Position numbers and translations under genes: made by a program
Shown: positions 13,601-32,732 of the stretch, piece by piece
Position numbering within the stretch: the stretch's first letter is position 1
Layout: every line of letters starts with the position of its first letter
Origin: Macrostomum lignano
Lineage: Eukaryota
Direction of reading: 5' to 3'
Assembly: GCA_002269645.1 (NCBI GenBank)
Contig: NIVC01000596.1
Coordinates: 62,001-126,000, forward strand
Length of the DNA: 64,000 nt
The notes under the pieces: generated by a model
Databases searched by the model: none
The model's input: only the letters and a program-made list of their open reading frames with translations
Told to the model about the DNA's origin: nothing

Positions 13601-16600
13601 GCTGATATGATTGATGACTTGCTGATATGATTGATGACTTGCTGATATGATTGATGGCTACTTGCTGACATGATTGGTGGCTACTTGCTGACATTGCTAA
13701 CTAACATTGATAGCTAATTGCTGACATTATTGATGGCTACTTGCTGACATTATTGATAGCTAATTGCTGACATGATTGATGGCTTGCTGATATGATTGAT
13801 GGCTTGCTGATATGATTGATGACTTGCTGATATGATTGATGACTTGCTGATATGATTGATAACTTGCTGATATGATTGATGACTACTTGCTGACATGATT
13901 GGTGGCTACTTGCTGACATGATTGATGGCTTGCTGATATGATTGATAGCTTGCTGATATGATTGATAATTTGCTGATATGATTGATGACTTGCTGATATG
14001 ATTGATGACTACTTGCTGACATGATTGATGGCTACTTGCTGACATGATTTATGACTTGCTGATATGATTGATGACTACTTGCTGACATGATTGATGACTA
14101 CTTGCTGACATGATTGATGGCTACTTGCTGACATGATTTATGACTTGCTGATATGATTGATGACTACTTGCTGACATGATTGATGGCTAATTGGTGACAT
14201 GATTGATGACTACTTGCTGCCATGATTGATGGCTAATTGGTGACATGATTGATGACTACTTGCTGACATGATTGATGGCTAATTGGTGACATGATTGATG
14301 ACTACTTGCTGACATGATTGATGGCTACTTGCTGAGATGATTAATGGCTACTTGCTGACATGATTGATGGCTACTTGCTGACATGATTGTTGGCTACTTG
14401 CTGACATGATTGATGGCTACTTGCTGACATGATTGATAGCTAGTTTTTGACATGATTGATAGCTAGTTTTTGACATGATTGATAGCTAGTTTTTGACATG
14501 ATTGATAGCTAGTTTTTGACATGATTGATAGCTAGTTTTTGACATGATTGATAGCTAGTTTTTGACATGATTGATGACTTGCTGACATGATTGATGACTT
14601 GCTGACATGATTGATGGCTACTTGCTGATCCGACCCGCAGGCGTATTTGATTTGATGCCGCTTGTGAAAACTAGCGTGAACCATCCGCTGGGCATGAACA
14701 CCGCCAGAGCTGCCGCGCTGAGCCCTATGCGCGGCCTTCAACAGCAGCTCCTGGCCAGCCCCGTGAGAGCGCCAATTCTTGCCATCGTTGGTGCCCTAGA
14801 ATCGCCCGAGTTTACTAGACAAAGTCGCGAACTGTGCGACTTGCTCAGGCGGCACGGTCGTCAGGCCGATGTTAATATTGTACCCGAGCGGGATCACTTT
14901 GACATTATTGAACTGCTGGCTGACCCGGCTGATCCGCTGTCCCAGCGCATCTTGGCCTTCATTCGCAGCGGTGGCGTTATTGACAGCGCAGATGATAGCT
15001 AGGTGTGTGTCAGGTGTGTGTCAGATGATAGCTAGGTGTGTGTCAGGTGTGTGTCAGATGATAGCTAGGTGTGTGTCAGGTGATAGCTAGGTGTGTGTCA
15101 GATGATAGCTAGGTGTGTGTCAGGTGATAGCTAGGTGTGTGTCAGATGATAGCTAGGTGTGTGTCAGGTGTGTGTCAGGTGATAGCTAGGTGTGTGTCAG
15201 ATGATAGCTAGGTGTGTGTCAGGTGTGTGTCAGATGATAGCTAGGTGTGTGTCAGATGATAGCTAGGTGTGTGTCAGGTGATAGATGTGTGTCAGATGAT
15301 AGCTAGGTGTGTGTCAGGTGATAGCTAGGAGTGTCAGGTGATAGCTAGGAGTGTGTCAGATGATAGTTAGATGTGTGTCAAATGATAGCTAGGTGTGTGT
15401 GTCAGATGATAGCTAGGTGTGTGTCAGATGATAGCTAGGTGTGTGTCAGATGATAGCTAGGTGTGTGTCAGGTGATAGCTATGTGTGTCAGGTGATAGAT
15501 GTGTGTCAGATGATAGCTAGGTGTGTGTCAGGTGATAGCTAGGTGTGTGTCAGGTGATAGCTAGGTGTGTGTCAGATGATAGCTAGGTGTGTGTCAAATG
15601 ATAGCTAGGTGTGTGTGTCAGATGATAGCTAGGTGTGTGTCAGATGATAGCTAGGTGTGTGTCAGATGATAGCTAGGTGTGTGTCAGGTGATAGCTATGT
15701 GTGTCAGGTGATAGATGTGTGTCAGATGATAGCTAGGTGTGTGTCAGGTGATAGCTAGGTGTGTGTCAGATGATAGCTAGGTGTGTGTCAGATGATAGCT
15801 AGGTGTGTGTCAAATGATAGCTAGGTGTGTGTCAGATGATAGCTAGGTGTGTGTCAGGTGATAGATGTGTGTCAGATGATAGCTAGGTGTGTGTCAGGTG
15901 ATAGCTATGTGTGTCAGGTGATAGATGTGTGTCAGATGATAGCTAGGTGTGTGTCAGGTGATAGCTAGGAGTGTCAGGTGATAGCTAGGAGTGTGTCAGA
16001 TGATAGTTAGATGTGTGTCCGATGATAGCTAGGTGTGTGTCAGATGATAGTTAGATGTGTGTCAGGTGATAGCTGTCAGAGTCTGTTCTATACCTATAGC
16101 ATACATGTCAGTTTTGGTTGTCTTCATTCGCTGTATTCCAATTGTTTTATCACTACTCTATATATCAATATTTTTTTCAAAGAATGCACTGATGTAGTTC
16201 CTGATCCTTCAGTCTTTAATAACTGATCCTTCAGCCTCTACTAATCCCTTATCCTTCAGTCTTTAATCCCTAATCCTTCAGTCTCTAATCCCTACTCCTT
16301 CAGTCTTTAATCCCTAATCCTTCAGTCTCTTATCCCTACTCCTTCAGTCTTAAATCCCTAATCCTTCAGTCTCTTATCCCTACTCCTTCAGTCTTTAATC
16401 ACTAATCCTTCAGTCTCTTATCCCTAATCCTTCAGTCTCTAATCCCTAATCCTTCAGTCTTTAATCCCTAATCCTTCATCCTCTACTAATCCCTAATCCT
16501 TCAGTCTTTAATCCCCAATCCTTCAGTCTCTAATCCCTACTCCTTCAGTCTTTAATCCCTAATCCTTCAGTCTCTTATCCCTACTCCTTCAGTCTTTAAT

Positions 16601-18394
16601 CCCTAATCCTTCAGTCTCTAATCCCTGATGAAATTTTCACACTAGTATTGCTTTTAAGCTAATAACTTTATTTTACACTAGATGCTGTATCCCGAAATCC
16701 CAAATAAGGCGAAAATGAATGTTGAATATTGTCTTAAAATGATGAATATATTAATTAGTAGATTTAGGCATGCATTTTGTAAATTAATTACCTTTTAATT
16801 TATCATTCCGTACAATCAAGTACAGGTAGAATATCACTGACCATTATCAGTTAATTGTTTAATATAATTGTATGCGGATTAATTTTTATTGCCAAAAATA
16901 TTTTAGATGTCTTTTGTGAAATCTACGAAGATAATACAATATTATATTGCTGTACAGTAATAGTACTCTTATTAGTATTAATAGTGATTCAAAAGCATTA
17001 ACATTAAACATCATTGTTTCAGCGCAAGCAAACCTAAGATTTATGTTTTGTTTTAATTGTAAAATATATTCCATTGCTTTTTTGTGGATTAATTTGTTGT
17101 GATTAAAACTAATTATATGAATGCCCTTTAATGTCTTTTAATTGTCAAGAATGTCTACGCTACGAACTAGGCTCTTAGAAATCGCCTTTCACTCTCAGAA
17201 ATCGCCTTTCACTCTCAGAAATCGCCTTTCACTCTCAGAAATCGCCTTTCACTCTCAGAAATCACCCTTCACTCTCAGAAATCACCCTTCGCTCTCAGAA
17301 ATCGCCCTTCACTCTCAGAAATCGCCCTTCACTCTCAGAAATCACCCTTCACTCTCAGAAATCGCCCTTCACTCACAGAAATCGCCTTTCACTCGCAAAT
17401 CGCTCTTCACTTCTGAGAAATCGCCTTTAACTCTCAGAAATCGCCTTTCACTCTCAGAAATCGGCTTTCACTCTCAGAAATCGCCTTTCACTCTCAGAAA
17501 TCGCCTTTCACTCTCAGAAATCACCCTTCACTCTCAGAAATCACCCTTCACTCTCAGAAATCGCCCTTCACTCTCAGAAATCGCCCTTCACTCTCAGAAA
17601 TCACCCTTCACTCTCAGAAATCGCCCTTCACTCACAGAAATCGCCTTTCACTCGCAAATCGCTCTTCACTTCTCAGAAATCGCCTTTCACTCTCAGAAAT
17701 CGCATTTCACTCTCAGAAATCACCCTTCACTCTCAGAAATCGCCCATTCACTCACAAAAATTCCATTCACTCTCAGAAATCGCCCTTCACTCACAGAAAT
17801 CGCCCATTCACTCACAAAAATTCCTTTCACTCTCAGAAATCGCCCTTCACTCTCAGAAATCGCCTTTCATTCTCAGAAATCGCCTTTCACTCTCAGAAAT
17901 GGCCCTTCACTCTCAAAAATCGCCCTTCACTCTCAGAAATCGCCGTTCACTCTAAGAAATCATCCTTCACTCTCAGAAATCGCCCTTCACTCACAGAAAT
18001 CGCTGTTCACTATAAGAAATCACCCTTCACTCTCAGAAATCGCCTTTCACTCGCAAATCGCTCTTCACTTCTCAGAAATCGCCTTTCACTCTCAGAAATC
18101 GCCTTTCCCTCTCAGAGATCGCCTTTCACTCCCATAGAACGCCCTTCACTCTCAGATATCACCTTGCACTCTCAGAAATCGCCCTTCACCCCCATGAAAT
18201 CGCCCTTCACTCCAATGAAATCGCCTTACCTTATTATAGGTGAGATAGTCGGACACCAGGGCGTAGCACCTGCCCTGCGGCAGTTTAATAGCAGCCTCAA
18301 CGTCGGCCAAACCGCTCTGCTGTCCGCTGTCCATGGCCACTAGGGCCGCAATTAGGCTGGCGGCCAGGGCTGCCAGTGCAGATTTTAGATCCAT
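10696..18394 (-). CDS. SRPBCC / polyketide cyclase-dehydrase-like (Polyketide_cyc2-type) protein with N-terminal signal peptide or anchor, 175 aa; exons 18394-18230, 11340-11071, 10788-10696
   Basis: Three phase-0 junctions (AAG|gtaagg at 18230, aacccag|TGG at 11340, CAC|gtgagt at 11071, ttgcag|TAC at 10788) join MDLKSALAALAASLIAALVAM...DVEAAIKLPQGRCYALVSDYLTYNK-WQPAIVDVES...FHYVFRPLLGFYYQNWATQSLINVKMHNMHNF*. This fits the SRPBCC pattern (I-x-x-P-x-x-x-V/C-x-x-x-x-x-D-x-x-x-x-x-x-WxP, then a beta sheet and a C-terminal helix). Confidence 0.8.
11520..12650. repeat. 20-bp minisatellite (AATCCACSYGACACTTTCTA)n; many units carry CACGTG
   Basis: Directly visible; degenerates toward 12650. Confidence 0.95.
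12847..15002 (+). CDS. AFMID: Kynurenine formamidase (arylformamidase, alpha/beta hydrolase), 302 aa; exons 12847-13393, 14641-15002
   Basis: VFIHGGYW oxyanion motif, GHSAGGH nucleophile elbow, ISG-VFDL rebuilt across a phase-1 intron, ESPEF, and RDHFDIIE with the catalytic His. Confidence 0.9.
13405..14630. repeat. 20-23-bp minisatellite (CTACTTGCTGACATGATTGATGG-like), AFMID intron
   Basis: Directly visible with several variant blocks. Confidence 0.95.
14990..16075. repeat. 22-bp minisatellite (RTGATAGCTAGGTGTGTGTCAG)n starting inside the last AFMID codons
   Basis: Directly visible; the first unit contains GAT GAT AGC TAG. Confidence 0.95.
16200..16625. repeat. ~22-bp minisatellite (AATCCTTCAGTCTTTAATCCCT)n
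   Basis: Directly visible. Confidence 0.9.
17175..18225. repeat. 20-bp minisatellite (CAGAAATCGCCYTTCACTCT)n abutting the SRPBCC exon-1 donor
   Basis: Directly visible; it explains ORF 17142-18137. Confidence 0.95.
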
Positions 18395-19149
18395 ATTTAA
18401 TAAATTAGTAAATATAATGTTAGTTAATCACTGACACTGTTGCTTTGCGAGTTTATCCTGCGATTAGGCCTTACCCGATGGCGCTGTCTAGTGCTCAGGA
18501 CTGCAGCTTACATAGCATTCATTCTCTGCTCCATCCTTTCTTCCCTCACCTGTCTACAGCAACGCTTGCCCGCACTGTTCTCTCACTTGCTGAGTAGGCG
18601 GTTGGCTAAAGCTGTAGTTTTGAATGCCCAAGTCTGAGCTGGCTTTGTTTTACTGGCTGGGAGACTGCCGGTGTAGGTGGGGAGGGGGGTTCTCTATCCC
18701 GTGGCTCTCCTCACTGTTCCCGTCTCTTCCCCGCCTCCCCCCTCTCTCTCTGGTCTATCCGCTTTCTACCACAAAAATGTTCGCATGTACAGTCACTCTC
18801 CCACAGACTGTTTATCCATCTCTCTCTCCTAATTCTATTTTTCAAGTCGCAGTTAACTCCCCTGTCAGGTTACGGTCTATTGAATCTGGATCTGATATTA
18901 AGCATTGTAACAAATTTTGGAATGAGCCTGAGTTATATTTTAAGTTTTAACCATTACTGGCGTTTTTTAGCGTTTTTAACCACTACTTCCTGACTAGGTT
19001 TTTTTCGTTGGCGCCAAGATGTCATATCGCATCCAAGGTCCAATTTGAGGATGCCATTTTGAACGACAAAAATGAACCTAGCTTCCTGAATGGGTATCTA
19101 GATCCCTCAGTAAGTCCCTAAATCCCCGAGTAGGTTCTTAAATCCCTCA

Positions 19150-19800
19150 ATAGGTCTATAGGTCCCTCCGTATAGATCCCTAATATCCCCCAGTAGGGCC
19201 ATAGATCCCCCAGTAGGGCCATAGATCCCTCAGTAGGGCCATAGTTCCCTCAGTAGGGCCATAGTTCCCTCAGTAGGGCCATAGATCCCTCAGTAGGGCC
19301 ATAGATCCCTCAGTAAGGGCCATAGATCCCTCAGTAGGGCCATAGATCCCTCAGTAGGGCCATAGATCCCTCCGTAGATCCCTAATATCCCCCAGTAGGG
19401 CCATAGATCCCCCAGTAGGGCCATAGATCTCTCAGTAGAGCAATAGATCCCTCAGTAGGGCAATAGATTCCTCAGTAGGGCCATAGATCCCTCAGTAGGG
19501 CCATAGATCCCCCAGTAGGGCCATAGATCTCTCAGTAGGGCCATAGATCTCTCAGTAGGGCCATAGATCTCTCAGTAGGGCAATAGATCTCTCAGTAGGG
19601 CCATAGATCTCTCAGTAGGGCCATAGATCCCTCAGTAGGGCCATATATACCTCAGTAGGGCCATATATCCCTCAGTAGATCCCTATATATCCCTCAGTAG
19701 ATCCCTATATATCCCTCAGTAGATCCCTATATATCCCTCAGTAGGTCCATAGATCCCTCAGTAGATCTTTAGATCTCTCATGGGTTCATAGACCACTCAG
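19150..19800. repeat. 20-bp minisatellite (CAGTAGGGCCATAGATCCCT)n
   Basis: Directly visible. Confidence 0.95.
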
Positions 19801-19989
19801 TAGTTCTCTATATCTTTCAGTAAGTCCCTGAATCCCTAAAGTAGCTCCCTAAATCCCTGAGTAGGTCTATACTCGTAGAGCCCTCATTAAGTCCTCAGAA
19901 CCTTCAGAACGAACGCTCTCACAATCAAATGCATTGGAGTACTCATAAGCCATTCTTTAGTGTGCACCATTGCGCGTTATCTATTCCAG

Positions 19990-20435
19990 TCTCCTCAGCC
20001 TCATCATCAAAACCCGCCCGAGCACTATCCGGGCCCGCTGCCGGAACGAGCTGTCTATGGCTTCGCCCTCCACCTGGCTGCTTGGTTCGGCTTCGCGGCT
20101 TACCTGGTCTGGGCTGTATTGCCGGAGGCTTGGCTCCGCGCCTGCGGCTTCACCTACCTGCCCGAACGTCACTGGGCCATCACCGGCCCCATGCTCATTC
20201 CTTTAGCCTATGCGCTCTACGAGTTTAGCGTCGGTTTCGTTGCTTGGCGAGCCTGCCGGCCGTTAGAGTCGGTTGATCACGTGACCGACCGGTTGTGCCG
20301 GGCTACCAGCTCTGCCCGGGCGGCTCCCTGCCGATTGTCGCCGATATCGATGCGTCCGATGCGTGCTGGGCAGCGCTCGGGTGTCGCGGTAGCAAGAAGT
20401 CGAATAATTCTCATTGCAATGGGGAAAAGCAATGA
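19990..20435 (+). CDS. PIGP: GPI-GlcNAc transferase subunit PIG-P; start codon not found in the genome; apparent -1 frameshift near 20298
   Basis: PGPLPERAVYGFALHL...YLVWAVLPEAWLRACGFTYLPERHWAI...PLESVDHVTD matches PIG-P (PSPLPERAIYGFVLFL...[27 protein letters not shown]...PLDSIHTITD). The PIG-P-like tail SLPIVADIDASDAC lies in the -1 frame and ends at TGA 20433-20435. Confidence 0.88.
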
Positions 20436-20459
20436 CGCAATCGTCTTCTTAGCTTCTTA

Positions 20460-21480
20460 ACTGGGACCTTACCTAGGACCTTACCTAATCCTTACCTAGG
20501 ACCCCAGGTTCTTAACTGGGACCCCAGGTCCTTAACTAGGACCCCAGATTCTTAACTAGGACCCCAGATTCTTAACTAGGACCCAAAATCCTTACCTAGG
20601 ACCCCAGGTTCTTAACTAGGACCCCAGATTCTTAACTAGGACCCCAAATCCTTACCTAGGACCCCAGGTTCTTAACTAGGACCCCAGATTCTTAACTAGG
20701 ACCCCAGATTCTTAACTAGGACCCAAAATCCTTACCTAGGACCCCAGGTTCTTAACTAGGACCCCAAATCCTTACCTAGGACCCCAGGTTCTTAACTAGG
20801 ACCCCAGATTCTTAACTAGGACCCCAGATTCTTAACTAGGACCCAAAATCCTTACCTAGGACCCCAGGTTCTTAACTAGGACCCCAGATTCTTAACTAGG
20901 ACCCCAGATTCTTAACTAGGACCCAAAATCCTTACCTAGGACCCCAGGTTCTTAACTAGGACCCCAGATTCTTAACTAGGACCCAAAATCCTTACCTAGG
21001 ACCCCAGGTTCTTAACTAGGACCCCAGATTCTTAACTAGGACCCAAAATCCTTACCTAGGACCCCAGGTTCTTAACTAGGACCCCAGATTCTTAACTAGG
21101 ACCCCAAATCCTTACCTAGGACCCCAGGTTCTTAACTAGGACCCCAGATTCTTAACTAGGACCCCAGGTTCTTACCTAGGACCCCAGGTTCTTAACTAGG
21201 ACCCAAAATCCTTACCTAGGATCCCAGGTTCTTAACTAGGACCCCAGATTCTTAACTAGGACCCCAGGTTCTTAACTAGGACCCCAGATTCTTAAGTAGG
21301 ACCCAAAATCCTTACCTAGGATCCCAGGTTCTTAATTAGGACCCCAGATTCTTACCTAGGACCTCAAATTCCTAATTAGGACTCCAGGTTCTTACCTAGG
21401 ACCTCAAATTCCTAATTAGGACTCCAGGTTCTTACCTAGGACCTCAAATTCCTAATTAGGACCCCTAAATCCTTAACTAG
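20460..21480. repeat. 20-bp minisatellite (CTTAACTAGGACCCCAGATT)n with higher-order periodicity
   Basis: Three variants recur in 60/80-bp cycles. Confidence 0.95.
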
Positions 21481-21809
21481 AACCTCAGATTGGATCCCAC
21501 ATACTGAAATTTGATTCCAGGTTCTTAAATAATTACTTTAAGTGTATTCGAGCCCCCAGTTTCGAAGGCTACTTGTACCCTCTTACATGATATGCATTAA
21601 CAGAAGAAAACTCCGACGCTTCATTGAATAATGCATTTATGAATGTTAGCTTTTATAGTGTTAGTGGCAGATTTCTTATGTGCAAAATAAATTTCTAATA
21701 TTTAATCAAATATATCAACAAGAATTTTCTTGAAGTCGTTTATTCAACTTTAGGATAGAAAACAATGGGACAGACTCACTGATTGATGCGGTGGATTTTA
21801 GACGGATTC

Positions 21810-23475
21810 ACGGAATGAGAGGGGCGGAGAGGCATATTCAGAGACTGAGAGGGGCAGAAAGGCAGATTCAGGAAATGAGGGGGGGAGAGGCAGATTCAGG
21901 GAATGAGGGGGGGCGGAGAGGCAGATTCAGGGAATGAGGGGGCGGAGAGGCAGATTCAGGTAATGAGGGGGCGGAGAGGCAGATTCAGGGAATGAGGGGG
22001 GGCGGAGAGGCAGATTCAGGGAATGAGGGGGCGGAGAGGCAGATTCAGGAAATGAGGGGGCGGAGAGGCAGATTCAGGAAATGAGGGGGCGGAGAGGCAG
22101 ATTCAGGGAATGAGGGGGCAGAAAGGCAGATTCAGGAAATGAGGGGGCGGAGAGGCAGATTCAGGTAATGAGGGGGCGGAGAGGCAGATTCAGGGAATGA
22201 GGGGGGGGGCGGAGAGGCAGATTCAGGTAATGAGGGGGCGGAGAGGCAGATTCAGGTAATGAGGGGGGCGGAGAGGCATATTCAGGGAATGAGGGGGCGG
22301 AGAGGCAGATTCAGGGAATGAGGGGGCGGAGAGGCAGATTCAGGTAATGAGGGGGCGGAGAGGCATATTCAGGGAATGAGGGGGCGGAGAGGCAGATTCA
22401 GGGAATGAGGGGGGCGGAGAGGCAGATTCAGGGAATGAGGGGGGTGGAGAGGCATATTCAGGGAATGAGGGGGCGGAGAGGCAGATTCAGGGAATGAGGG
22501 GGGCGGAGAGGCAGATTCAGGGAATGAGGGGGCGGAGAGGCAGATTCAGGGAATGAGGGGGGTGGAGAGGCATATTCAGGGAATGAGGGGGCGGAGGGGC
22601 AGATTCAGGTAATGAGGGGGTGGAGAGGCATATTCAGGGAATGAGGGGGCGGAGGGGCAGATTCAGGTAATGAGGGGGGCGGAGAGGCAGATTCGGGTAA
22701 TGAGGGGGGGCGGAGAGGCAGATTCAGGTAATGAGGGGGGGGCGGAGAGGCAGATTCAGGGAATGAGGGGGGCGGAGAGGCAGATTCGGGTAATGAGGGG
22801 GGGCGGAGAGGCAGATTCAGGGAATGAGGGGGGCGGAGAGGCAGATTCGGGTAATGAGGGGGGGCGGAGAGGCAGATTCAGGGAATGAGGGGGACGGAGA
22901 GGCAGATTCAGGGAATGAGGGGGACGGAGAGGCAGATTCAGGTAATGAGGGGGGCGGAGAGGCAGATTCAGGGAATGAGGGGGGCGGAGAGGCATATTCA
23001 GGGAATGAGGGGGCGGAGAGGCAGATTCAGGTAATGAGGGGGGCGGAGAGGCAGATTCAGGTAATGAGGGGGGCGGAGAGGCATATTCAGGGAATGAGGG
23101 GGCGGAGAGGCAGATTCAGGGAATGAGGGGGGCGGAGAGGCAGATTCAGGGAATGAGGGGGGTGGAGAGGCATATTCAGGGAATGAGGGGGCGGAGAGGC
23201 AGATTCAGGGAATGAGGGGGCGGAGAGGCAGATTCAGGGAATGAGGGGGCGGAGAGGCAGATTCAGGGAATGAGGGGGTGGAGAGGCATATTCAGGGAAT
23301 GAGGGGGGCGGAGGGGCAGATTCAGGTAATGAGGGGGCGGAGAGGCAGATTCGGGTAATGAGGGGGCGGAGAGGCAGATTCAGGGAATGAGGGGGCGGAG
23401 AGGCAGATTCGGGTAATGAGGGGGGGGCGGAGAGGCAGATTCAGGTAATGAGGGGGGCGGAGAGGCAGATTCAGG
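21810..23475. repeat. ~29-31-bp G-rich minisatellite (GAGAGGCAGATTCAGGGAATGAGGGGGCG)n upstream of EXOC4
   Basis: Directly visible; variable poly-G length. Confidence 0.95.
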
Positions 23476-23550
23476 TAGATTATTTTTTGCAGATTCAACA
23501 GTGCAACCCATTCGACCTCGTGTATTTTCTGCCCAGGCTGCCTGCTGCAG

Positions 23551-30653
<7,103 letters not shown>

Positions 30654-31069
30654 ATTAATAGTGCATTACTTATGTTGTACTTTTAGAATTGTTATTATTA
30701 ACTCTTGTAATTAACCAACATAAAGCGGTTTTGTTTTTTATCTTAGCTAAATTTTCGTTTAGTTTTAATTTCTATACTCTCGTCATCATCATACTACTGT
30801 TATCGACTTTGTCTGCATGCCTTATGATTATGTTCTGTGCAAGCATATTCCGCAATCTGGATATATTAGAAATTATTGAAATAAACAGAATCTGATTTCA
30901 ACACTTTTGATCAATATTCATGTTTTTTACTAAAAATCTGATTAAAAATACTTCACGCCAGTGCTACTGACTTTATAATGGCATTGATTTTTATTAGAGT
31001 CTTTCTTTTCATTTTTGGTTGAGCCTACTACGGATAGTGTACCGGAGGAAATTTAGTAACTTGAGTTCC

Positions 31070-32300
31070 AGTTGAGTTCCAGTGCTCAGTTTAACTGCAG
31101 TAACCTGAGAGTTCCAGTGCTCACTTTAACTGCAGTAACCTGAGAGTTCCAGTGCTCAGTTTAACTGCAGTAACCTGAGAGTTCCAGTGCTCACTTTAAC
31201 TGCAGTAACCTGAGAGTTCCAGTGCTCACTTTAACTGCAGTAACCTGAGAGTTCCAGTGCTCACTTTAACTGCAGTAACCTGAGAGTTCCAGTGCTCACT
31301 TTAACTGCAGTAACCTGAGAGTTCCAGTGCTCACTTTAACTGCAGTAACCTGAGAGTTCCAGTGCTCACTTTAACTGCAGTAACCTGAGAGTTCCAGTGC
31401 TCAGTTTAACTGCAGTAACCTGAGAGTTCCAGTGCTCAGTTTAACTGCAGTAACCTGAGAGTTCCAGTGCTCAGTTTAACTGCAGTAACCTGAGTTCCAG
31501 TGCTCACACTGCTCACTTTAACTGCAGTAACCTGAGTTCCAGTGCTCACACTGCTCACTTTAACTGCAGTAACCTGAGAGTTCCAGTGCTCACTTTAACT
31601 GCAGTAACCTGAGAGTTCCAGTGCTCAGTTTAACTGCAGTAACCTGAGAGTTCCAGTGCTCAGTTTAACTGCAGTAACCTGAGAGTTCCAGTGCTCACTT
31701 TAACTGCAGTAACCTGAGAGTTCCAGTGCTCAGTTTAACTGCAGTAACCTGAGTTCCAGTGCTCACACTGCTCACTTTAACTGCAGTAACCTGAGTTCCA
31801 GTGCTCACACTGCTCACTTTAACTGCAGTAACCTGAGAGTTCCAGTGCTCAGTTTAACTGCAGTAACCTGAGAGTTCCAGTGCTCAGTTTAACTGCAGTA
31901 ACCTGAGTTCCAGTGCTCACACTGCTCACTTTAACTGCAGTAACCTGAGTTCCAGTGCTCACACTGCTCACTTTAACTGCAGTAACCTGAGTTCCAGTGC
32001 TCACACTGCTCACTTTAACTGCAGTAACCTGAGAGTTCCAGTGCTCAGTTTAACTGCAGTAACCTGAGAGTTCCAGTACTCACTTTAACTGCAGTAACCT
32101 GAGTTCCAGTGCTCAGTTTAACTGCAGTAACCTGAGTTCCAGTGCTCACACTGCTCACTTTAACTGCAGTAACCTGAGTTCCAGTGCTCACACTGCTCAC
32201 TTTAACTGCAGTAACCTGAGAGTTCCAGTGCTCAGTTTAACTGCAGTAACCTGAGAGTTCCAGTACTCACTTTAACTGCAGTAACTTGAGTTCCAGTGCT
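31070..32300. repeat. 35-bp minisatellite (GAGTTCCAGTGCTCASTTTAACTGCAGTAACCTGA)n with a 41-bp variant
   Basis: Directly visible; no spacers. Confidence 0.95.
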
Positions 32301-32732
32301 TGCTGCTTTTTCTCGCGGCTTGCTTCTGCACCCATCACACCGCAACTGCGGCTTTGAATTCGAACGAAAACTGGGTGGATTCGGATTCTAGAATTGATTG
32401 CAAGGCAAGTCTTAGCAAATTAAACCCTTCATTTGAGAAAATATATTAAGTTTTTTTAATAAATCTGCCTCACTGTTCTCAGAGGCTACTCAAATAAACT
32501 TTCGGGCTGCTGAGCAAATAGTTATTCACTGACAGGCCGGTCTGACGCCCGTGCCAACCGTCCCATCATCTCCGTCTCTCATTCTTATTAGAAAAGCACT
32601 TGAGCAGCTCAAGATGCGGGTATAAATTCTCACGAATCTTTTCTCTCTCTAGGGAATTCTAATTCAGCATTTTATTTTCTGCAACAGCTGATTCTAACAA
32701 TAACAAAGCAAATTATTAATTAGCCCCCAGTC

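Noticed and set aside
16200-16625. Interstitial telomere (CCCTAA words; TTAGGG-like words also at 8520-8900 and 24980-25300)
   Set aside because: The hexamers are isolated within longer 20-40-bp units and do not form tandem (TTAGGG)n
17142-18137. 331-aa ORF
   Set aside because: Translation of a 20-bp array inside the SRPBCC intron
18152-18394. Secreted C-type lectin or small peptide (GRCYALVS)
   Set aside because: Better explained as exon 1 of the SRPBCC gene via a phase-0 splice to WQP
31070-32300. 35-bp repeat of CRISPR-like length
   Set aside because: Units are directly adjacent with no unique spacers, there are no cas genes, and the context is eukaryotic
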